A DNA stretch of 62,829 nucleotides, filler included, from Dugesia japonica (GCA_001938525.1; 5 parts of 5 records of this genome joined end to end with filler, not necessarily neighbours in it); one strand, 5' to 3'; positions 13,500 to 27,399 are shown, counted from the whole stretch's first letter. The notes: generated by a model from the sequence alone, not told the origin. A program made the numbers and translations.

Positions 13500-14815
13500 A
13501 TTAAAAGATCAAAATTCTAAAAATCCAAAAAGTGTTTTGGGGGTTCAACGGGATCTTACTAATTAAAATGGACAACAGTGACAAGAATATTATGTAATTG
13601 TCAGGAGCTGCAAGAGAATTTTATTAGGACAAAACTCAACACATGAATCAGTCCCCAAAGGCTTGGAAGGAAGCTAAAAAACTTTTTTGGACAATTTTAA
13701 TACCAAAATATTGTCAGGTTAAAGCTTTTAGAGGTTTACAAATAAACAACAAGCAGATGGAGAACCTTATTATGCTCATTTATGTGGGTTAATACGCATG
13801 GGTCGTCTTGCATTGGACGCTAGTTTCACTGATTAAATTATAACGGATAGTTTTATCAATTAGTTTATGCGACAGCCAAAGACAAAACTCAGGAGAAAGA
13901 TGGCAAACTGTTAACTGAAAACTATAAGAGTAAAAAATATGTTGAGTTAAACGATATAACTTTGTTACAATTACGAACATTGGAAATTAGAGCACAGCGA
14001 ATGAATAAATGTAAAATATGTCGAAGTAGCACGCATACTATGAATAATTGTAGAACTACGTATTTGAGTTGTGGCATATGTGGAACCAAAGTACATACAA
14101 CGAAAATGTGCTACAGTAAAATGCACTCACATCAGGCGGAAGAGTACGATGTAGAAAATTTCGAAGGAGTACGCACACAATCAGTCTATGTCAAGCCAAG
14201 TATACCTATTGTGGCCGATGCGATGAAAAAGGTCATGTATCAAATAACTGTAGAAATAAATTGATTTGTAGACACAGCGTAGAACCAATAGTGATTGATA
14301 CATTAAAAGTTAAAACTATTCAGTCAGATCGAAAGGCATTAAAGCTAGAATCAGATACAAACCGTGTGTTGAAGAAAAATAGTTATGCAGTGTGCTTTGA
14401 TTTGAATATTTAATGTGATAGTAAGAAACAACTTGATGAAGAAGAAGAGATAGAGAAGCGTCATTTGTATACCAAACAATACCTGAAGAGAAAAGATAGT
14501 CGATATGTTACGAGAATAAATGAGACAGTGGAGAGAGACAAAATAAATGGTTCAAGTAATTTTCAGAAAACCAAACAAATAAATCAAAGACCCAAAGGTC
14601 TCAATAAATATTTTGCAAATATCAGAGAACAAACAGATAATCGAGTCGTAGTAAATTTATCTACAGGAAGAAGTATCGGGTCAAGACTAACAATCAAGAT
14701 TTTGGTAGACGGGCAAATGATGGTCGCATTAATTGACACTGGAGCAGATATATCAGTTGTGAATAGTAAAACCTTGATGCATCGACATAGTCTTGAGACG
14801 AAAATCAAGTTATAT
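13500..14815 (+). mobile_element. LTR-retroelement gag (CCHC knuckles) and aspartic protease relic; sister of 23960-26000
   Basis: CKICRSSTHTMNNC and CGICGTKVHTTKMC knuckles; protease VALIDTGADISVV; LYTK.Y and GSRL.IKI.V.GQ.M.ALID shared with the other copy. Confidence 0.85.
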
Positions 14816-16469
14816 TTGGTTTTCCTTTGATTTTTTTCAAAAAATATTTTCTTCTCAAAATAGATCAAAAACTGTCTATTTGATAAAGAATCTTTTGCTG
14901 ATTCCAAATATGTTAACTTATAATCGCCAAAGTTAATACTTGAATAAATAAATGAAGTTTTGTGATGAAAAAATCTCAAAAATCTCAGGAGGAAAAGGTG
15001 ACTGTACAAAGTTAAAATATCGTCTCGCGAAAAATGCTTACTAATGAATATGTACAGCCGTCCTCCCGGAATTTAGTGTCATTTTTTGAAAATATCAACA
15101 GTTTCTCAAAATTTATTGAAATTGATACTATTCGATAGGAGATTTTACGGTGAGTACGATTAACACGCTTAAAAATCAACAAACCTTATACATAAAAAGT
15201 TATATAGAAAAAACAAGTATATTATTTGGGAGTCCCCGAGGAACATTAAAAAATAATAAAAAACACAAGTATATATCAAAATTAAAAAAGAAAACGAAAT
15301 TTTTGAAACTAAAATTTATTAATGAAAAAATCTGATCAATCAGTCTGTTTTGTTTCTTATCTGGTTAACATTTTCAAACTTTTTTATGTNATGATTATTT
15401 TTAGACTTTTTAATTGGTAATAATTTCAAGCTATTTAGTTGATGATAAATTTTTAGACTTTTAGATTATGATAGTGGATCAATCAATACCTAGAGTACAG
15501 TTTCATTTAAATTAGTTAATCTCATATGATACAAATACAAGTCACTGGTTGATAGTGGCCAGAGATTGGTTCACAATTCTCATAGATTAGTCGACAGTGC
15601 TCAAAGATTGGATGGTTATGGTCAATTATTTATTCACAATGGTAATATTTTGATGATTTTGGGTAATAATTTTCTTGGTAAGGGTGCTTTGGTCAATTAT
15701 TTTATTTAAATTAGTTAATCTCAAATTATAAAATACAACTCGCTCCCGGATACATTACAAATTAGCAGACCTTAATTAATAAAATGTTAATAAGTTTTAT
15801 GTTTTAGAAAAAACTTTAATTTAAATTGAAATTTTCATCGATGAAGTTGATTATAATTAATTAGGACAATTATTGCTGATTTTTAGTATATTCAACCAGT
15901 TTTCAATAATTTTAGTTAAATGATTTACTCAATGAGATCAAATCGGATTAATTTTCAGTCAATTACGGCCTATTTGTTAAAGAATTTCCTAATAATGATA
16001 TATTTACTAAGGAATTCATTGGTCAAATTTAAATTTTCAACAATTAATTAGTCGCTCCCATTGATTTTTAACATTTATAGTTAAAAGATGATAAATAAAT
16101 TATAAATTAATTAGTAAATGATAAATTATTCTCAAACATTGAATTTCTATAATAGTTTGTTTTCTTTCCATATCAAACATTACCTCATCCGGTTAGTACA
16201 GTCGAGCCGTTATTCCGACTGTTCACATCCAGTCTCAAGTTTTTAACGCTCAAGACCATTAACTTTCAATCGAGTCCGTTAAATTATGAACTTATCGATC
16301 AACTAGCTTAGTGCTAACTATGCTTAGTTCGAGTACGGTATGTACATCTCCGATAGCAGTGATTCCAACCGTTCACATCCGGTCATGGATATATACTGCT
16401 ACAACTATTTTTAATAAAAAAAACAGTTAGTCATCATCGCAAATACTTCGCTGACACGGATCCGCAAAA

Positions 16470-16712
16470 TTACATGGAATTCAAACTCACTATTATCAAA
16501 TCCAATGTATGTATTTAATTTAATTAAAATATTAAATAATTATAATGTTTTAACATAAATTATATGTAAAAAAACACAAAGCAAAATAATTTTAATTTTA
16601 ATTATAATGTTTTAACATGAACATGAATATTTTAAAATTAACATTACATGGAATTCAAACTCACTATTATCAAATCCAATGTATGTATTTAACTTAATTA
16701 AAATATTAAATA
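16470..16712 (+). repeat. Local direct duplication
   Basis: ATTACATGGAATTCAAACTCACTATTATCAAATCCAATGTATGTATTTAA occurs twice, ~175 bp apart. Confidence 0.75.
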
Positions 16713-16893
16713 ACGACAATAACTTCATTAAAATAAGATAAGGCTTCGATCAAAACAAAACAAAATTTATTTGTAAAAAAAGTTCAAATTTTCNNNNNNN
16801 NNNNNNNNNNNNNNNNNNNNNNNNNNNNNNNNNNNNNTTAATTAATTAANNNNNNNNNNNNNNNNNNNNNNNNNNNNNNNNNNNNNNNNNNNN

Positions 16894-16930
<37 letters not shown>

Positions 16931-19900
16931 TTAATAACAATCTTAAAATGATGATAATAGAAATTACCATATATTTATCGATTTTTTAAAAACAACTATT
17001 TACTACATTCTTATTATCATGTTGATGCACATCACTTGCCAAGCACAGTCATTCAAAATCAATACAATAGCAATTATGAAAATACAAAAATAGTATATTG
17101 GAATGGTAAGATTTATTCGTTTATATACATTTTTACCTTTATTTTTTTACAGCTCAATCAGAAAACAAGAAGTAAAGAAGCACAATCTAACATCACCTGA
17201 TTGCCATTCTATATCTTTTGGAATTATTATCAACTCTTCATTATGAAATACATGTGTTTATTTTCTGCTCTGGATTTGAAATTAATGTCAAATTCAAGTT
17301 AGTTTATTTATTTTATCGATTCTTTCTTTATTCTGATTTTCTTTCACATCATTTATAGCTTCCGCATTTGGATTTATTTACAGTGAATTACAATGTAAGC
17401 TCTTCCTTTCGTTTCGATTTCATTTCTACTATCATTTCACTTCTTGCCAATTTATAAAATTTGTTCTTGTTTTAATCTTCATTTTTAGATCCAATTTTAT
17501 TCCATTATTACTATAGTTTCATTTCTTGTCACTTTCTATTCATCATCCTCGTCAGTTTGTTTTGTTTTTATCATTATCACTTTACTTCTCTACAAGTTTG
17601 TTTCCTCATCAGAATCATTTCGTCTCTTTTCAATTTCATTAATTACTCAAATATTATTACTTTATTTCTTCTCAATTTCAATTCACCCTCATCATTTTCT
17701 CATTTATTAAGAGACCTTCTTCCTTGATGTCCTTGCCAGTCATTTTTATCTTTGCTTTCTTTCGTGTTACCAGCAACTTCATTCGTGCATTTTACCATTA
17801 TTCTTTTCTTTTTATTATAATTTCATTCATTATCATTGATTATTTACTACCAACTCTTTACGTGTTATTTTTTCAGCTTCAATCTACTTCTTTAACATTC
17901 ATTTCACGTCATCACATTTTTTCTTCAATGTNATTTCATCTTAATTTTATGTTGATCTTCATTTTAATTTCGATTGTTTCTTTCATCTCATCTTGAATTG
18001 CCATTCCATCTCTTCATTTCAAATGATTTTTCGATATCGGTTCCTTAATCTCAACTTGAATTGCGATTTCATCTTCTTCATTATTTTATCTTTAATTTCA
18101 ATATATTTTCTTCATTGTCAATTCTTCATTAGTCTCTAGTAAGCATATTTACTTCAAACAATTATAAATCTCTTTGTCATTGTTATTTTATCATTAACAT
18201 CTTGTCATCACATTTATTTCATCAATCGTAAATCTCTTATTCATTGTTAATTCTTCATTTTTTTGTTGTTCGATTTGTTATTACTTTGATTAATGTGTTG
18301 TCATTTTCTTCATTGCACTGTTCTCATTGTCAACAACTTTACATCATATTTGTTTCATTGTTAACAATCCAAAAGTCTAGCAAGAGATCATAAAAATTTT
18401 CAAATAATATTATAAATTTAAAATTAATTCGAATGAAATTTTACTTTCTCCAAATTTTTGCGTAGAGTTTTGGTTACTCTAATAAAATGAAATAAAAATG
18501 TTAATTTTTTCAGATTTTAAATGGAGTTTATATACTCCGTTTTTCACTCTGTTTTCCAGTCTGTTGATTTTTATTCTGCTGTTTTCTCGGGTACCCTATA
18601 CAATTGTTAATATTCATTGTTATTTCTTATTTTCTGTTCACTCGGGTCACCCATATAATTTTTTTCAATTTTTTAAACTAGTTTTTACAACATATATCAC
18701 CACAATCAAAGTTGACATATCTTATGAACAATTCTGTCATTTGCTTCTTCATACGAAACCTTTCGAGCCGAAAAGTTTTATTAATAAATAATAGTTATGT
18801 TTAAAATAATAATTTCCATATGTTAACAGCTCATGTTAACCCGTTCTTTCTCTTTCTTTCTTGCTTTTTCCTTTCAATTTCTCTTAAATAAACATAAAAT
18901 ACATGAATTATAATAATATCGATTTTTCTGACACATAAAATGCGTAGTTGCATTCATTGGATCACACTGATCATTAATTTTCACGTTATTTTAATATTTG
19001 ATTTTTTGTTTTTCTTATTTCTTTCCTGCTTTTCTTGATCTTTGAATAATAATTTAATTTAATCAATAATATTTTCTAATTCTCCTTTTCTCGCTCGTTC
19101 CGAAACTCTTTTAAATATTTAAATTGAATTTTTCTTGTTATTTTAATATCAATATCAAGAATGCCAATAATAATATTTTGCAATAATAACGATAATAATT
19201 ATAAAAANNATAATATTGATTATAATTATAATTGATACTTCATATACTTTTGATGGATTTGATTTAATATAATCAATATTATTCCTAAATCATTTATTAT
19301 TTATTTTCAGTAATTTTCTTCAGTTACTTTATTTCACAATTATTGCTACATAAATTTTATTTATTTATTTTCATTCAATAATTTGCTTTAATTCTCCTAA
19401 TTTTTACTTTTACCGATGATTATTTTCTCTTTCCATCATATGATAATAAACATTGCAACAATGATTCACTTATTTTATCACTCCATAATTTTATTTTCCT
19501 TTGATTTAATTTTTTTTTCTTCATTACCCATTATCATTCCTCTTACCGATTATCCGATTACCATTTTCTTTATCAGAATTAATGTTCTAGTCTTCTATTA
19601 TTTTTTCACTCATTAATAAATTTCTTATAAATAATTCGACTTTTATTATTTTCTTTTAATTATCTTCCTGCAAAATATTATCTAATATCTTTACATTTTC
19701 CACTCTTCTTTAATTTAATTCAATTTTATTTTCATATTCTCTTCATTTTTATTGTCTAGTTCTATTCACATAATTAACATTAACTTTTTTGTACTTTTGT
19801 TTAAATCATCAGTCACATCATTTTCATACTTTATTCCTCTTTTTTGGCTGTTTCAGGCCAACAAAATACTGGGGGCCCACAAAAAATTCCGCCCCGGAAT

Positions 19901-20249
19901 TTCTCGTTAAATTCAATTCTTCTATTTTCACAATCTCCATTTCCGCTCTTTCTTATAGTTCATTTTAAATTCAACCTCTATTTCTTTATTGGTGATGTCA
20001 GTCAACAGTTCCCTCAAGCAAGACTTTTAATAGGTTAAAAACAAAAGTGAAAGAACAAAAATGGGGAAATAAGGATACTACTTTTATACACATTGTTAGC
20101 AGTTGTTAGCATTCATTAATCACAAAATTTAAAGTAATTATGATCACATAAATTGTTAATTCATTCAGATCATCGTATCATTAGTTATTGTTATCACAGA
20201 ATCACAAAATCAAAGTTACTATTTTTCTCAGGTTCTGAAGTTTTCTATC

Positions 20250-22030
20250 ATAGAGACTGAAATTGATCATAGCTTACAACTACCATAGTTTATTAGATTT
20301 TTAATGTGATGCAGTTTAGAATTGCCAAGAGGAGGTAATATGCCACATAGTGCTGCTGAGATATCGGGTTCTGGAATCTTCTGTTGACGAGCCTTTTGAA
20401 ATTGATTATTTGAAGTTTAGTCGATGCACGAAAATAAATAATTGTCGATAGATTGTATTGTTAAGTATTGTTTTTCATTGTTAATTGACCATGGAAAGGA
20501 TCTTCCTCAAATTCCGAATAAAGCCAAGCTGGAATTCTGTTCTGTTTTGATTGAATTTGTCATTGTTACTGAGCTTTCTGTGCTACATAATTTATATGTA
20601 ATGCCAATGATCTTGGTGTTACGATCCAGGTGTAAATTGATTGGTTTAGCGTATTTTGTCGTGAAGGTAGCACAATACAATGGGGCTTCTTTGAGCCTCT
20701 CGTTCTCCGCTTCAATCTTTTTATTATGAATTTTAAGATAGTGGATTGATTTCAGGCTTTTCTCGTGAGTATTTCCTTATCCCAACATTCAGTTCCTGCT
20801 CTCTGTTGAGATCTCTCGTAAACAATCTGTAGAGCTTATATCAATGACGCGTTATTACTTATATTTTTGTTGCTAACATTTTTATTTTTTTTTGAATAAA
20901 TTTTGATTCTGTTTTTATCTCATTAATATCCCGTTTCTGCTTATTTTGATCTTTAATTTTCAGTCTTTTTGTATCATTTATTTTGCTTTATTTTTTGATA
21001 CACTGCTGCATTTAGTATTGCATTTCGTCATGTAAGTTACTGATTTGTTTTTTTGTGTGTACATCCCATTCGTTTGTTCAATCTAAATTGAGCCTCCCGA
21101 GAGCTCAATATTTTTAAAATCTTCATGGATTTCATTTTGATAGATTGGTTCAAAATTTAGGAGTTGTTCTTTTTGATGGTGGTTTGTTTCTTTTTCTGGA
21201 TTCAGTCTACATGAAATTTCAGTATGTTGCATTGTTATTTGCAAGTTGAGTTACTATTTTTATACACACTGATTAGACTGATGTGTTCATTTTAATACTT
21301 GTATCATACTGTAATGTTGAATTGTTTTCAGACTGCATAATATTGTAATTCGATGTACATTTACCGAATTTTTATTATAAATATTTTTTACATTGTATTT
21401 ACAGTACGATACATATTTCACATTACGGTCATTCTCATTCCGATCATGTATGTAAAGTATTTGTCCGATTTCAAATAATAGCAATTCCACATTGGAGGTT
21501 TGTAGCTTTTCTAGTCACTATCTTAGTTGATCTAATTATTGATTCAACATATCCATTCTGATTCTCTGCAATCTGTTTCCTCTGTTTATCAAGCCTTTTA
21601 TCTAATCGAAGACTTTTATTTATTCAATTTACTCTATTTTATTTTACGCTAATACGATACTCTACTATTACATTTTGAGTTTAAGCTATATACAGTTCTT
21701 TTATTCAATACTATATAACGCATATTATATTCTCTCAGAAGCATCGGTTCGCACCATCACGTTTCGCGAGTGCAAATATTTTTCCGTTCGCTGTAATAAC
21801 TAATTCTGAATACTCGCCTTTGGATATTGTCCTTTCTTAGCTTTAAATATCAGTATTATCACTACTAATAACACCATTGTCGATATTATTCCCGTTACTC
21901 CACCAACGATTCTTGCTGACAAACCTTCATCTGGTTCTATTGAAATTATCAAAGCGATTAACTCTTGAAACTGTCTGAGCTCCTCCGGACTAATGTTTCT
22001 TATGCTGATCAATGACATTTTCTTCATCTA
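20250..22030 (-). pseudogene. Decayed envelope-like/membrane ORF(s) of retroelement
   Basis: TM helix IVGGVTGIISTMVLLVVIILIF followed by KAKK (21800-22027). Downstream is a long, mostly open Cys-containing frame with KQKR/DI, DCLREI, IEAENERLKEAPLYC and LDRNTKIIGITYKLC, ending in a hydrophobic stretch near 20300-20350. Confidence 0.5.
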
Positions 22031-25000
22031 TTTCTCAATGAAATAAGGTTGATCTTCATCTTCTCTGTTTGACTTGGTTTGTTGTCGTTTTCGATTTTTT
22101 TACACTTCATATTCACTGTGTGTTGAGAAAGTAGTGATCCCTCTTAATTTTCAATTTCGATACTTTTCTCTTTTTGTTCCGCCTGCTTTTCCTCAAAGTT
22201 TTCTCTCATTGATACTATTCTATGTTTGTACTCCTCGGATGTAATTGGCTCTACATTATGTTTCTCCAAATCGCCAAATACTCGATTACTCCGAAACATT
22301 TCCTCGATCCCCTTTTTTCTATTTCATAATCTGTATTCATTGTACCTTATATAAATTCAAATAGTAAATCATTTCCTCCTTTCAGAAAATTGACGTTCTC
22401 GTCGTCCCTTTTCGTCCATTGTTTAAATTGTATCCATTTCTTTAATTTCTTTTGAGTTATCTTTTGGCGTTACTTCTTGATATTTCGCTGTTCTATTAAC
22501 TTTGATTTTATCCATACTTTGTGGAGATCTTTGTTTATTAGATTTTTCGGATTCATTTCAACGCGTCTATTTAACGTCATTGTGAATATTCTTGGCTTTG
22601 ATCCAGTTGGATATTGGCACTCATTCATGTCACGATTTGATTTCCTCCTTTCACTTTTTAGATTACTCAATCCATGAGTTTTATCTATCCGACTATTGAA
22701 AACTTCCTCTTTATGGTGAGTACGCCCAAGATTTGAAATACTGTTAGATGAACGGTGGTTTGGGTTTGCATGTAGACAATTTATTCATTTGACAATTCTT
22801 CGCGATATGCTCATTCGATTAACAGTTAAAACATTTCTTCAAAGTCCAGTAATGATTCTTGTCATGCCTGCTTCCTGAACAATATTTGCAACAATAACTC
22901 TTTTTATTCATTAATTCTCTTCTCTGATTCTCCGAATAATGCTACTCTTGGACTCTTTCTCCGTTTTATTTTCCCATTTAGACAATAATATAGTGATCGC
23001 TTGATCCATGGCCTTTCCTTGCTTCCTGAGACCATATAGTTTCTCCTCAATGGTTAATCGATTCTCGTTATCAACTTTGCTTGTCGTTATTCTATGTATT
23101 GACTTTACAATTTGTTGCAACTTTTCTGTGGCTGATTGAATTATCTCAAATACTGTATCTAGTTGATTATCGAATTTCGCTTTGGTCTTTATCTCATTAT
23201 TGACAACAACTTTACTCTGACTTCCGTTTCTTTTACTCTACTTTTCTTTAGCACTTCGCTATAACATTGGTTCGATGTTTTGCCTGAATTCTTCAATAAA
23301 ATAGTCAATTTGTTTTGCAGTGTTAGTTCCTTGTCTTAATACCCAAGATTCATAATACAGATTGTTATTGAGATTATTCTGATCCAGCACATATAAATCC
23401 ATGCTAGGGTTTTGCTAAAGTCCACACAAGCCAACTGGCTGTATAAAGTCAGATTCCACTTTAGTGTGCCAAAAATATATTGATCCTTCTTTATAATTCT
23501 CCATTTTCTTAATTTTCTCGATGATGTCACGCCATAAATATCTTACCTGAATTAGCAACTGACTAGTGATTAAATTAGGCCAATGCAAGTTTACTTTAAA
23601 TTAATTGTCTGTTTGATTTATTAACTTCTGCCCTTGTTTAGTTATTAGATCCTCCAACAGAACTTGAATCAATTCGTTCATCAATGGTTTGAGATTGTTG
23701 AAGCATCCAAGTAGTTCTGGCATATCTAACGTTACTGGCTGGTTTCTCAGTTTCACTACAATTTCTCTTATTCCATTATACCGACGTACCACATTTCTTT
23801 TTCCTTGCCTCGCGCTGATTTTATTTGATGCCACGGTTAGTATCATTCGAATCTGCAAAGCTATATAATTTGCTTTCTTTCACGAATTCTCCTTCGTTTA
23901 ATTTGATTCAGATCAACAAGTTCACCATTTCTCCCCGTTATATTTTCTTTAGCGATCATTTATAAGGTTCGACAATCTAATATGAAATCTGCAAGTAGCT
24001 TGGGTAATAAGTCGGTTCCAATAATAACGTCTTCATCTATATCCATAATCAGAATTTGTTGTTCTATCTTTCTGCCAGCATGTTTAATTTCACATTCCAC
24101 GCTTTTTCTTAATTTAATGGATTTATCATTCACTACTACGGCTGATAACTTCTCCTTCTTCCACCGTTTTTGAAAATGTCTCGCTCTTTTACGACTAATC
24201 ACTGATATATTTGCTGCGTTGTCTATTAACGCCATCATCACTTGTCCATTCACCATAATTTTGATTGCTAACCTTGACCCAAATGATTTTCTTTTCTGAT
24301 GCTCCATAGCTATTCCGTTCAATTTAACTTTTAAAGGTGCGCTCCATTTGCATTGACTTTGCTTCTTCGCTCTCGATACATACTGACTATCCACTCGTGC
24401 ATCATACGGTTTCGTATACAGGTCTCGTCTTTCGATACCTTCCTCATCCTCATTTTCGTCATCACTCCCACTTTCTATTGCAGTATCATTTGACTTTAAT
24501 TCTCCATAACGGTTTTCTAGTCTCTGATAGTGCTCTGTGTTATCAAGACATTTAACTAGACTGCGGCTTCTTTTTCGGAACTCTTTATTATTTTCTTCCA
24601 TTGATATATTTTGCAGTTGTTTACCGAGGCTTCTTCTACCCCTGTATTTACTCTTATCAATTTTACTGCAGAAACTTTCTTTGTTTCGATTTTTCACATA
24701 TTTTGGCTCCTCGTCACACTTTTCTCTGCTATTCTCCTTGCCATACTTCGGCTTGTATTTCTATATATTCTTCTTAACTCTTTCAGAACAGCTATTCTCC
24801 AAATCTTTTCTATATCGTGATTTCCTTGAAATGATTTGCAACATATCAATGGATGCCGTCTCTCTTTTGTCAACATGTATGATTCTTCTCTTACAACTTT
24901 TCGTCCTATGACCTCTAGTTTGGCATTTGATACAAAATAAGGTGCATTGGCTACCAAGATGCGTTTTCCGGCAAGAATATTGACATCGGATCCCTTGTTC

Positions 25001-26000
25001 ACCCTGCACTACTTTGCTTGGATTCAACATATTCTTCTCATCGTTATTGTTTCGACTCAAGCAGCCTTCCGTTGAATGTCCTTTTCCGTTGCAATTATTG
25101 CAATAAGTATATACTATTCTACATTGACCAATAACATGCGTTTTTCTCCGACAGATTCTACATCTCACTTTTCATTTTGTCTTACTAGAATCACTTCTAG
25201 GTGACTGCCATATAGGTGACTGAATTTTGGTTTTGATTATAACTACTTTCACGATTCTTGGTAGAATTAGCTGAATTCCTGTAAAATTGACAACAATCCT
25301 TGAAGGCTGTTTTACCAATACTGTTGTCACTGTAATTTTTTCACTATATTTCCACTTTGTCTGTTTTGTTATTGCCTTCTGCACTTTGATAATCTTCAAA
25401 TCTGGACCGTCTAACTTTTTTTGCTTCGTGATTTCTTGTCTTTTCCATACTCTGGATTTCTTTAGATACATTGTCCAACTTATCTTTTCTCAATATATAC
25501 TCTGTTTGAATGGCAATCTCCAGAACCTCTTTTGAAGATGACGGTTCTTTTAATCTTACCAACTTTTGAACTTCTAGATCCTTGATTCTTTAATGAAGAC
25601 TCCCATTATTCTCTCGTCTGCTATTTCATCATCCAAGGTGAGTCCAAATCTTTTTATTTCTTGTAAGTATTTATAGAAGGATTCTTCTTCTAGTTTTCGA
25701 CGGTCCGCAAATCTTACAAAGTTTTCGCCTGGCATTAATTCATTTCGAAAATGTTCCAACAAAATTTTCTTGGCATCATTCCATTCGAGTAAACTGTTAC
25801 TCTTGAGTTCAAATTCCTCCCAATATACATCTCGAGCGTTACCCAACACGTAAAATATTATATATCTTGCTTTGGTTACCTCATCTCATCTACATATCGC
25901 GATATGCATTTCGTATTCCATTATAAAAACAGGTAGCTTTTCTGGACTGCCATCGAACATTGTGCCATGAATTTCACTTCTCCCGGTATGATTGTTGATC
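22030..26000 (-). mobile_element. Gypsy-like element: gag capsid, four CCHC knuckles, protease, atypical pol with integrase remnants
   Basis: Capsid W.DAKK.LL..F...F..R.....ES...Y; knuckles CRICRRKTHVIGQC, CNNCNGKGHSTEGC, CIKCQTRGHRTKSC; protease ALIDNAANISVI...DVIIGTDLL; IN-like AGMTRIITGL and PTGSKP segments. Confidence 0.8.
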
Positions 26001-27399
26001 TGGTAGTCATCTTTTACAATTTGAATCTTTACCTAAATAAAATATCTCAATAACATTTATTTTAAAGAATCCAATTGAAAGAAATTTATTATTATCCATA
26101 GCAATAACTGTAGTTCTACATTCTTGTCACCCACATTGGTGAAACAAATTTTTCGTTCATCATTTTCTGAAACACCAAAATCTCGTTTCCATTATTTTCT
26201 TCAACTCACTTCCTTCTCATTACTTTATCAAATAATCGTTTGTTTTTCAAAAGGATTTTTGAACCTCTTTTCATTTTATTAATCAACTATTCTGTTTTAT
26301 TACTCCTTAGTTCTTTTCGCCATTCTCTCACTTTATTATTATTTTTTCAAACCAAATCTTTTTCCTATCATTTTAATAAAATTTCCTTTTCATTGTTTTC
26401 TTGATCAAAGTTCTTTCTCTTCATCTTCTCAAACAAATAATCTTTTTTATCACCTCTTAAATCCCTTTACTTTTTCATCATCGATTCAAACAAATTTTCT
26501 CTTCATCATCTTCTTGTACTAATGTGCCATTTAATTATTTTCATCATCCGCTCAAACAAAATTATTTTTCGTTAACTTGTGAATCACTTTTCCTTTTCGT
26601 TATGTTTTGTAACACATTTTCTCCGCACTTATTCTTTTTAAAACTATTTCCTTTTCCTTCGTGGATGACTCCGCTAATTTTCTAAATTACCACATTATTT
26701 TCTCCACTAAACTTTATCTTCTTCTAAAAGAATCTCTCGGGCATTTTCCCAATTTATTCTCTTGCTTCGTTGTCTTTTCAAATTAGTAATTCTAAATGGT
26801 TAATAAACTTTATTTTCTTATCGGATAAAGACTCCGGTATTTTCTCAAAGTAATTATCCTATTTTGTCAATAAAATTTTCGTTTCATCCTGAAGAAGGGT
26901 TTCGGTGTTTCTTCAGTACTCACTCATTAATTTTGAAGGCATAATCTTGAATTCGTCATAATATTTTTTCTTTATCTCTGAGAAGTACATCGACAATTTT
27001 TTCAATTTAATCTCAATATTCTCTCAGTCATTTTAGATACCATTGTTGACTGGAAATACTATTCCGGTATTCTGTCTGATTAAACTCACTTTGCCTTCGT
27101 TAATCTTGGAGGAGTACTCCGGAATATTCTCGAATGTAATCATAGTTTTTATCATTTAACTCAGAGAAGTTCTCCGGTAACTTCTTAAATTTTAATCTCA
27201 ATATATTCTTAATCATTTCAGAGATTTGCTCAGGAATTTTCTTCACTTTATGTCAATATCTTTCGTTCACCTTGGAGGAGGGCTCCGGTATTTCCTCGGT
27301 ATTCACTCATTCATTTTGGAGGATTGCTCTTGAATATTCTTGAATTAATCACAATATTTATCCTTTAACTCGGAGAAGTGCTCCACTATCAGAAAAGAG

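Noticed and set aside
16838-16849. TTAATTAATTAA between N runs (also 29365-29376, 43650-43661, 53422-53433)
   Set aside because: Artificial contig-joining spacer with stops in all frames; not biological.
17724-19616. Hydrophobic plus-strand ORFs as membrane proteins
   Set aside because: Antisense shadows of a purine-rich minus strand.
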